Of a stretch of DNA of 64,000 nucleotides, positions 17,301 through 24,091 are shown piece by piece. Each line of letters begins with the position of its first letter. Position 1 is the stretch's first letter. The DNA lies in the NCBI GenBank assembly GCA_965207535.1, contig CBDBMR010000004.1, forward strand, positions 18,788 through 82,787, read 5' to 3'. A program made the position numbers and the translations under genes. The notes beneath the pieces were generated by a model. It was not told the DNA's origin and did not search any database. It worked only from the letters and a program-made list of their open reading frames with translations. This DNA comes from Rhodospirillales bacterium. GTDB taxonomy: Bacteria; Pseudomonadota; Alphaproteobacteria; Rhodospirillales; UBA2165.

Positions 17301-19016
17301 ATATCCAGCGATGGGATCAAGGAAGTTGTCGAGTATGGTTGCCGGCTGTTCGCCGGGCTTGGCCCTGTCCATCTGAGAGACCAGCGCAAGACCCACGGCA
17401 TGGGAAACGAAATCGGGGTCGAATTCCAGCTCACCGTCCCGGTCGAGGGTGGCGAATATGCCGTCGATAACGCCTGAAACCCGGTGATAAACCTGATCCG
17501 ATGTTTGTATGGCCGAGGCGCTTAAGCTCTCGATGCGTTGACGTGTCGAGCGATTGCTTCCGTCTCTGTAGTCACGTGCCAGTTCCAGCAAGAACTGTCG
17601 CCATTCCGCCTCGCTGAAGGCACCGACCGATGCTTCTTGGATCGTGAATGCGCCGTAGGCCCAGAGAAGGCGATGGACGGTGACCTCTCCAACATCACCC
17701 AACTCCGACCTTAAACGGATGATGAGATCGAACATGCGCGGAATAGCGGCATGGTGAAGCAGCCGATCAGGCAAGTCGCCTCGGGAAAGGCCGGCGCCCT
17801 GCAGTTTCAGGTCCAATTCTCCGCCGGGTGTCAGATCGTAGTTTCCCACGTCGGTCCGATGGAGCGGAGCGATAAGGTTCGAAAGACGATGGAGCCGGTC
17901 CTCAAAAAAAGCGGTGCGCGTCGAAATCAGAGTTTGGACGCGTTGGTGGAAAGGAGCGTCTTCCAGCTGATGAAGGAGGCCGAGCCAATCACGCGAAGGG
18001 AGCTGGTTAATGCCATCGAAAAAGAGAAGGAACACATGGCCTTCATCGGCGGGCCGCGTTAGGAACCGTCCAACCCGTTTCTCCCAGTACAAAACGTCAC
18101 GCACTTCCGAAATATCGTGCAGGTACCGCGCAATCAAATGTAGCGCTTCATTTCCCCCGGAATCCGCGTGGCCAAGGGCTGAGGAGGGGGCGAGCACAAC
18201 TATAGGCAAGCTGTTTTGCCGATATTGCAGCCAATCCAGTGCAGCCCATGTCTTGCCCACACCTTCGGAGCCCACCAACGCCCCAACGGTGCCGTCATCA
18301 GAGCTATCGAGCCAAGAATCCAGGCTATCGATCAGGTTTGATCGGCGCACATGTCGTGCATTCTCGTCGCCGCCGGCCACATTCTGGCGAAACTTAGCCT
18401 GCGCCCTCCGACGCGAAGTCCAGATTTCTCGAAGGCGGCGATGACTGGAGTCTCGTACGGCGTCGTATCCGATCAACCAACTCTGGAGTTCTCTCTCGAT
18501 GAGTTGCAGCGTGGAAGCGTACTCTGGCAGTTCCGATATTCGCTTGAGAAGGGGCCTGTGTTGTTCGCCGAACTCGGTCGAAAAAAATTCCGGGCAGCTG
18601 GCGGCGAGAGCGGCAAGCCTCGGCAAAGGACGCGGCAACCAGTCGATCGAGACTGTGGCGATGCCATTGCTCAGGCCGACCTCGCCCATGGCATCCTGGA
18701 TCTGTTCAGGAACTTCTAGAGTCGTAACCAAGAGCCAAGCTTCGAGATCGGGGTGGCGTTTGCATGCCTGATCGATTTCACCGCGGATGCTTCGCTCGTC
18801 GAGCCTCGAGTTCGACCCGTAGCGGCGGGCCTCGAACACAAGGTATCTTCCTCCAATGCCTGATACACCCCCGTCGCCTCCTCTCTGGTTGCCGGAACGG
18901 GCCTGCCTGAATGGAACCCTCAGCAAGGCACCCAGGGCGAATCCTGCAAGTCGTTCGAGATGCTTCGGATCGGCTTCCAACAGGATCGAACGGAGTTGAT
19001 CGCACAAATCAGGCAT
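14349..19016 (-). CDS. Giant Mrr-like nuclease / STAND P-loop NTPase / long helical C-terminal region protein (Avs-like antiviral STAND candidate), 1,555 aa
   Basis: The ATG at 19016 is preceded by GGGGAG. N-terminus: LERLAGFALGALL...RGGDGGVSG...YLVFEARRYG...AWLLVTTLEVPEQ, which follows Mrr-cat logic (DGG-D ... E-x-K/R ... hhhTT). Walker A GSEGVGKTW lies at 18249-18272, and the Walker B-like motif is HVFLLFFDGINQL. More than 1,000 further residues carry no motif I recognise. Confidence 0.7.
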   Translation of the reverse strand: MPDLCDQLRSILLEADPKHLERLAGFALGALLRVPFRQARSGNQRGGDGGVSGIGGRYLVFEARRYGSNSRLDERSIRGEIDQACKRHPDLEAWLLVTTLEVPEQIQDAMGEVGLSNGIATVSIDWLPRPLPRLAALAASCPEFFSTEFGEQHRPLLKRISELPEYASTLQLIERELQSWLIGYDAVRDSSHRRLREIWTSRRRAQAKFRQNVAGGDENARHVRRSNLIDSLDSWLDSSDDGTVGALVGSEGVGKTWAALDWLQYRQNSLPIVVLAPSSALGHADSGGNEALHLIARYLHDISEVRDVLYWEKRVGRFLTRPADEGHVFLLFFDGINQLPSRDWLGLLHQLEDAPFHQRVQTLISTRTAFFEDRLHRLSNLIAPLHRTDVGNYDLTPGGELDLKLQGAGLSRGDLPDRLLHHAAIPRMFDLIIRLRSELGDVGEVTVHRLLWAYGAFTIQEASVGAFSEAEWRQFLLELARDYRDGSNRSTRQRIESLSASAIQTSDQVYHRVSGVIDGIFATLDRDGELEFDPDFVSHAVGLALVSQMDRAKPGEQPATILDNFLDPIAGYDVRAEILRAAVTIALLRSESESPAWLGTLCTRWLHSQNVPESHLGDLEVLAPALVTPMLDVIETSRGHSLTTARHIAIDVLAAVDKADPAVAATIAERVSRWLDCISLEKRGDEADRTDNSRYARRCKRLKERIGVAEPGTIAIACRNFEIVDYSGEDLIVAAAQLLQGRPLKDAVEFFVHGAIQIALVGSGAAQETQYWLNILNVVDPEETAAGLRSASQEIRSLPVEAGHHPKLNARIASILLWRTGYSEDAQEAWTMDPKIDHIFEYERDYLSDPARSYFRLERRHVARVLCDKTLAMFGRINKSKDALLDPSFQVPQDFIDELTVVSESFDFSQTATGRDRTSEDDQWKRLSLALARCNPDCLANCERARLRQFAERTPDQRFGSALAAPEVMLLVRDEESAALQTLRKQGHGESDDDELLIQTGLLIAEIQCASPIEQVTKILDSEIDPVFLGLGGVCHSPSASELDQLIALCGGDRRKLNRLASVLVEYELDLSETAFDALSELLFSTDSDGASEAAWALLGSNAAECLGHALDQRDWSWSCSQPHMVNIMGSRGIIASHRGRRFSDFAARIAPFLLLEALSREARLPDEAQLAVDLLSNALAQYQKDAPESGLDIFHDYEASSTGNYNFTIGEIVEDRDDGNDIRSLLERVNRPEQYEERRRTIIQSYINAVGQARQSGAQFLHTRFHADDFDQVLDLCPEALDRWLDGIDRLTDEFRRRVRLAEGFFVGLCEAVLKRDPSRGIPLWRALRECQSTRFIGLTGIDRLKFAPFMAPDCPAVESVLDELCDLDEARTDEDLLDIVVAARSSGRIDWLGQRISSDESSSCPAHRRRAAFLQPMFVRPTIAGDAEWPSGPSIGEYQDIHDDSWIMGQREAFAVHWFRKFAEADTAEAAHAFWRLFIACSDRRARTWMSQDYDQYAVGNGSLEDLKRRFVKQQRHAFKRAISDNEKSLQQTFTTQRVTKSLLPWRARKRSV

Positions 19017-19415
19017 ATGGACGCTCCCCTGCATACCGATCATTCCGGGTTGGCAGCTCGATCGTGTGCCAAACGTACCTGGAAATGCAGCGTCCTCGCT
19101 CGGATGCTGTTCCTATACGGTCTGTGTCCTATAACCGAAAATCCACAGCGCGGTGTCAAGACACGCTCAAGAGGCAACACGCGCGAGCCCTAGATCCAGG
19201 CAGTCATTAGGAACCTGTTCTAAGTACATAGTCACTAATCCCAAAGCCCGAACGATGTCGCCATCATCAGACAAGGTGACCGGACTTCGGTTATTCTGCA
19301 TTTATTTCTCCTGCTTGTGGTCAAATGATATTGATCTCTGTTTGTCTGGCGAGGAACTGGGGGTAGCAAGTGTGACGTGAGACTTAACTTCTCTCTAGTC
19401 ATGGGGAGAGACCGG

Positions 19416-19544
19416 TTCCGGGCGATAGTGTAGGAAGCAGGAGGTGACGGATCAATGCAGGGAGGCGCGCGCACCGGCAGCGTGACTTGCCCGGCCAGCA
19501 TCCTTTACGGAAGGCGTAAAACACAGTACGGTCGGCAAGCATGA
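19416..19544 (+). promoter_or_regulatory. Conserved leader motif copy 2 plus a 29-codon uORF overlapping the higB start (ATGA)
   Basis: Motif as at 6655..6703. The uORF runs from ATG 19455 to TGA 19542-19544 (MQGGARTGSVTCPASILYGRRKTQYGRQA), and its stop codon overlaps the higB ATG at 19541. Confidence 0.5.
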
Positions 19545-19819
19545 TTCGAAGCTTCAAGGATCGGGATACGCGCCGCTTCTTCGAGGGGCGGCGCGTCGCG
19601 GCATTCCAGGGCTTCGCCGGTCAGGCCGTGCGCCGGCTGATTTTGCTGGATGGCGCGGAGACGCTTGGCGACCTCGCCGCGCTGCCGAGCAACCGGCTCG
19701 AAGCGTTGCGCGGCGACCGCGCCGGTCAGCACAGCATTCGGATCAACGCGCAATGGCGTGTCTGCTTTCGTTGGACGGACGAAGGGCCGTGCGACGTGGA
19801 GATAGTGGATTATCACTGA
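19541..19819 (+). CDS. higB: HigB-family toxin (RelE/ParE superfamily, 'plasmid maintenance system killer')
   Basis: MIRSFKDRDTRRFFEG...LPSNRLEALRGDRAGQHSIRINAQWRVCFRWTDEGPCDVEIVDYH is the canonical HigB pattern. Confidence 0.85.
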   Translation: MIRSFKDRDTRRFFEGRRVAAFQGFAGQAVRRLILLDGAETLGDLAALPSNRLEALRGDRAGQHSIRINAQWRVCFRWTDEGPCDVEIVDYH

Positions 19820-19837
19820 GGGAGGAGGAGATTTGAC

Positions 19838-20143
19838 ATGAACGCCAGGAACGGAATGAGGCCGGTGCATCCCGGCGAAATCCTGCGCGGCGAGCTTGAT
19901 GAACTCGGGCTGTCGGCCAACGCGCTGTCGAAGGCGCTGGGCGTGCCGGTGAACCGGGTGACGATGATCCTGAACGGCCAGCGGGGCGTGAGCGCGGACA
20001 CGGCGCTGCGGCTGGCGCGGTATTTCGGGACGACGCCGCAACTTTGGCTGAATTTGCAGAAGACGTGGGAGCTTCGCCAAGCGGAGATCGCGGCGGGCCG
20101 GGAGATCGCGAAACGCGTGACGCCCCGGCAGTCGGCGGCGTAG
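19838..20143 (+). CDS. higA: HigA-family antitoxin (XRE HTH)
   Basis: SD GGAGGAGGAG upstream. MRPVHPGEILRGELDELGLSANALSKALGVPVNRVTMILNGQRGVSADTALRLARYFGTTPQLWLNLQ. Confidence 0.85.
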   Translation: MNARNGMRPVHPGEILRGELDELGLSANALSKALGVPVNRVTMILNGQRGVSADTALRLARYFGTTPQLWLNLQKTWELRQAEIAAGREIAKRVTPRQSAA

Positions 20144-20155
20144 CGGAGCGGCCTG

Positions 20156-22936
20156 ATGCGCCTGTCGTGGAACGAGGTTCGCGCCCGCGCCGCCGTCTTC
20201 GCCGAGGACTGGAAGGACGCGGCCTACGAAAAGGGCGAGACGCAGAGCTTCTACAACGCCTTCTTCGACGTGTTCGGAGTGCAGCGGCGGAACGTCGCCC
20301 GCTACGAGCAGCACGTCGCCAAGCTGGACAACCATTCGGGCTTCATCGACCTGTTCTGGCCGGGCGTGCTGCTCGTCGAACAGAAGAGCGCCGGGCGCGA
20401 TCTCCGCAAAGCCTACGAACAGGCCGGGGAGTATTTCGACGCGCTGCCGGAACGCGAGCGCCCGCGCTTCATCCTGGTGAGCGACTTCCGGACCTTCGAG
20501 CTGCACGATCTCGACGAGCGGGAGACCGCCGCCTTCCCGCTCGCCGACCTGCCCGCCCATGTCGAGTCGTTCGGCTTCATCCTCGGGGTGCAGCGCCGCA
20601 CATTCCGCGACCAGCACCCGGCGAACATCGAGGCCGCCGAACTGGTCGGGCGGCTGCACGACGCGCTCGACGCGGCCGGCTACCAGGGCCACGATCTCGA
20701 ACGCTTCCTGGTGCGGATCGTCTTCTGCCTGTTCGCCGACGACACCGGCATTTTCGAGCCGCGCGACATCTTCCTCGACTTCATCGAGACGCGGACGAGC
20801 GAGGACGGGGCCGACCTCGGGCCGTGGCTCGCGCAACTGTTCGAGGTGCTCGACACGCCGGAGGACGGGCGCGCGGCGACCCTCGACGAAGACCTCGCCC
20901 GGTTCCCCTACGTCAACGGCGCGCTGTTCGACGAACCGCTCAGGATTCCATCCTTCGACGCAGGGATGCGCGGGGCGTTGCTCGACGCCTGCCGTTTCGA
21001 CTGGTCGAACATCTCGCCGGCGATCTTCGGCGCGCTCTTTCAGTCGGTCATGGACCCGGCGGAGCGCCGCGCCCAGGGGGCGCACTACACGACCGAGAAG
21101 AACATCCTCAAGGTGATCGAGCCCCTGTTCATGGACGACCTGCGGGCCGAATTCGAACGCCTGAAGGCGCGGCGCGACAACCGCCGCCGGCCCGACCTGC
21201 TGCGCTTCCAGGAACGGCTCGGCGCACTCCGCTTCCTCGACCCGGCCTGCGGCTGCGGCAACTTTCTCATCATCGCCTACCGGGAATTGCGGCTGCTCGA
21301 AATCGAGGTGCTGAAGGAGGTGTACGCCAGCGGCCAGCTCGACGCCCTGGCGGAGACGCTGTCGCTGGTGGACGTAGATCAGTTCTACGGCATCGAGCTT
21401 GGCGAGTTCCCGGCCCGCATCGCGGAGACGGCGCTGTGGATGATGGACCACATCATGAACAACCGGCTGAGCCTTGCGCTCGGTGAAACCTTCGTCCGCA
21501 TTCCGCTCGAGAAGTCGCCCCACATCGTCCACGGCGACGCGCTGGAAACCGACTGGGCCGAACTGCTGCCGCCGGGCGATTGCTCGTTCGTGCTGGGCAA
21601 TCCGCCGTTCGTGGGCTCCAAGTACCAGACGGCGGAACAGCGCGCCCAGGTGCGCGAAATTGCCGCGCTCGGCAAGAGCGGCGGCACGCTCGATTACGTC
21701 GCCGCGTGGTTCATCAAGGCGGGCGAGTATGTGAAGGGCGGCGGGGCCCGGATCGGCTTTGTCGCCACCAACTCGATCACCCAGGGCGAACAGGTGGCGC
21801 AGCTATGGCCGGTCCTGTTCGAGCGCTGCAAGCTGGAGATCGCCTTCGCCCACCGGACCTTCGCCTGGGGATCGGACGCGCGCGGCAAGGCGCATGTGCA
21901 TGTGGTCATTCTCGGCCTCGACCGGCGGGAGGCCGCGCGGGCGGAGAAGCGGCTGTTCAGCTATCCCGACATCAACGGCGACCCGGAGGAAAGCCGTCAC
22001 GCGGCGCTGTCGCCGTACCTGTTCGATGCGGGCGGGTTGTCCGACCCGCATTTGGTGGTGCGGGAGGAAAGCGGGCCGATCAATGGGATGTCACAGCTTC
22101 TCACCGGCTCACAGCCAATCGACGATGGGCAATACATTTTCGACGCGGCGGAACGCGCCACGTTTTTGGAGGCGGAGCCGGACGCCGCGCCGTGGCTTCG
22201 GCCTTTCATCGGAGCGCGGGAATACTTGCAGGGCGCCGAGCGGTGGATTTTGGCGCTGCACGACGCGCCGCCCGAAGTGCTGTCGCGGCTGCCCCAAGTG
22301 CGGGAGCGGATCGCTGCCGTTCGGGCGTTTCGGCGGGAAAGCAAACGCAAATCAACCTTGAAGCTGGCCGACACACCGACGCTCTGGCAGGTCAACGTGC
22401 TTCCCGACGCGCCGTTTCTGGTGATTCCGGAAGTCAGTTCGGAACGCCGGGAGTACGCGCCCATCGGCTGGCTGGAGCCGCCGGTCATTCCGAGCAATCT
22501 CGTGCGGATTCTGCAAAACGCGAGCTTGGCCAATTTCGCGCTGCTCACGTCGTCCATGCACATGGCGTGGCTGCGCCATATCGGCGGACGACTCAAGAGC
22601 GACTACCGCTACTCCATCGGCCTCGTCTACAACACCTTTCCGCTGCCGCCCAAGGACTCGAACCTGTCAAAATTGGGGCCGCTCGCCCAGGCCGTGCTGG
22701 ACGCCCGCGTCGCTCATCCGGGCGCGACGCTCGCCGACCTCTACGACCCGGACCTGATGCCGCCGAACCTGCGCCGGGCGCATCAGGCGCTCGACCGCGC
22801 CGTGGACCGGCTCTACCGGCGCTCGGGGTTCGCGTCCGAGCGCGAGCGCGTCGAACATCTGTTCATGCTGTATGAGAAGATGCGGGCGCCCTTGGAAATC
22901 GGTATGAAGAGGAAACCACGCCGACGGCGAAAGTGA
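20156..22936 (+). CDS. MmeI-family type IIL/IIG restriction-modification enzyme (N-terminal PD-ExK nuclease fused to an N6-adenine methyltransferase and a target-recognition domain)
   Basis: Nuclease motif: FIDLFWPGVLLVEQKSAG, giving D65-X9-E75-X-K77. Helical spacer: ERFLVRIVFCLFADDTGIF. SAM motif I: FLDPACGCGNFLI. Catalytic motif IV: LGNPPFVG. At 926 aa it has the single-polypeptide size typical of this family. The start lies 12 nt after the higA stop codon. Confidence 0.8.
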   Translation: MRLSWNEVRARAAVFAEDWKDAAYEKGETQSFYNAFFDVFGVQRRNVARYEQHVAKLDNHSGFIDLFWPGVLLVEQKSAGRDLRKAYEQAGEYFDALPERERPRFILVSDFRTFELHDLDERETAAFPLADLPAHVESFGFILGVQRRTFRDQHPANIEAAELVGRLHDALDAAGYQGHDLERFLVRIVFCLFADDTGIFEPRDIFLDFIETRTSEDGADLGPWLAQLFEVLDTPEDGRAATLDEDLARFPYVNGALFDEPLRIPSFDAGMRGALLDACRFDWSNISPAIFGALFQSVMDPAERRAQGAHYTTEKNILKVIEPLFMDDLRAEFERLKARRDNRRRPDLLRFQERLGALRFLDPACGCGNFLIIAYRELRLLEIEVLKEVYASGQLDALAETLSLVDVDQFYGIELGEFPARIAETALWMMDHIMNNRLSLALGETFVRIPLEKSPHIVHGDALETDWAELLPPGDCSFVLGNPPFVGSKYQTAEQRAQVREIAALGKSGGTLDYVAAWFIKAGEYVKGGGARIGFVATNSITQGEQVAQLWPVLFERCKLEIAFAHRTFAWGSDARGKAHVHVVILGLDRREAARAEKRLFSYPDINGDPEESRHAALSPYLFDAGGLSDPHLVVREESGPINGMSQLLTGSQPIDDGQYIFDAAERATFLEAEPDAAPWLRPFIGAREYLQGAERWILALHDAPPEVLSRLPQVRERIAAVRAFRRESKRKSTLKLADTPTLWQVNVLPDAPFLVIPEVSSERREYAPIGWLEPPVIPSNLVRILQNASLANFALLTSSMHMAWLRHIGGRLKSDYRYSIGLVYNTFPLPPKDSNLSKLGPLAQAVLDARVAHPGATLADLYDPDLMPPNLRRAHQALDRAVDRLYRRSGFASERERVEHLFMLYEKMRAPLEIGMKRKPRRRRK

Positions 22937-22990
22937 TGACTTTTTTGCGATGGTCTTGGTTTGGCTTGGCGGATCACGAGAACGAATCCG

Positions 22991-24091
22991 ATGGATAAAA
23001 GCTATCTCTGGCCGAGTACGCTTCTTTTGCCGGTACGACCCCCAAAGATCGTATACCTAGATTTGAATCATTGGATCACTCTGGCGCAAATCGCCTCTGG
23101 CAGCCGTGATGGAGCAAGAGATAAGGAAATCCTTACCTTTTGCTTTACTTCTGCCGACAATGGGGACGCTATTTTTCCGATTTCACTAAGCATTTTTACG
23201 GAAATACTTAAGACAAAGAACCGTCAGATACGCCTAAATCTCCGTAAAGTCATTGAAAGGCTGAGCCAGTACATGGTTGTGACAAACCGGTTCGTAGTCG
23301 CAACTCATGAAATTGAAGCTCTCCTGGACAAAAAGGTCGGCCCTAATCCTGTACCGATCAACACGATGGATTACCTGGATTGGGGCGTATTTTGGGCTTT
23401 GGGTATTGATGGTGGCATTAGGGTCAGGTCAGAAGCCGGCGAAGACGTTACAGCCACAGTTCGTCAATCGTTTACCGGTGGCCCGAAAGCGTTCGATAAG
23501 ATGGTGAATAATGCGGGATTGGAGCTGAATCGACAGGTGCTCGATGGTCCACCGCCGGACGAAGAGCTTGAATTTCGACGACTAGGTTACAACCCCGAAG
23601 CGATACTTGAGTTGTATGATCGTGAAGCTACATACGAAGCGGAGTGGGCACGTCTACTCGACAAAAACTCGAAATGGAGGCGTGGTCGCCTGAGCGATCT
23701 TGTTTCAGCCCGAGAAGTAGCTTTTCATATCAACAGCATTCTCAAGAGAGGATGTAATGAGCGCAATATTGACTCTCTCCAATGTCTGTTTTCTTCAGTC
23801 GAAGATACACGCAATGCGTTCAATTCCATGCCCAGCTTCGATACCTCGGTGACGTTAAAGACATTTATTCACCGAAATGGCAGCCATCGTTGGAGCAATA
23901 ACGATATTCATGACATTCATGCTTTAGCGGTAACGTTGCCGTATTGCGATATTGTTGTGACTGATCGTGCAATGGCATCACAGGCGATACAATCCAAATT
24001 GGCTGAAAAATTGAGTACGGTAGTGCTTAGCAAGCTTTCCGATCTTCCCAAACATGGCGTAATTCCGGCGTTCACTCCCCTGGGCCTATGA
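22991..24091 (+). CDS. Hypothetical protein with possible split PIN-like termini (366 aa)
   Basis: Lower-GC gene. The N-terminus PKIVYLDLNHWITLA resembles PIN strand 1 with its Asp. The C-terminus NDIHDIHALAVTLPYCDIVVTDRAMA resembles the last PIN acidic residue. About 300 residues in between are unassigned. The start is uncertain (ATG at 22991 or TTG at 22961). Confidence 0.4.
   Translation: MDKSYLWPSTLLLPVRPPKIVYLDLNHWITLAQIASGSRDGARDKEILTFCFTSADNGDAIFPISLSIFTEILKTKNRQIRLNLRKVIERLSQYMVVTNRFVVATHEIEALLDKKVGPNPVPINTMDYLDWGVFWALGIDGGIRVRSEAGEDVTATVRQSFTGGPKAFDKMVNNAGLELNRQVLDGPPPDEELEFRRLGYNPEAILELYDREATYEAEWARLLDKNSKWRRGRLSDLVSAREVAFHINSILKRGCNERNIDSLQCLFSSVEDTRNAFNSMPSFDTSVTLKTFIHRNGSHRWSNNDIHDIHALAVTLPYCDIVVTDRAMASQAIQSKLAEKLSTVVLSKLSDLPKHGVIPAFTPLGL

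Noticed and set aside
19505-21532. 675-aa ORF on the minus strand
   Set aside because: It is antisense to higBA and the MmeI-like gene, which carry clear catalytic motifs. Its composition is the usual high-GC shadow-ORF pattern.
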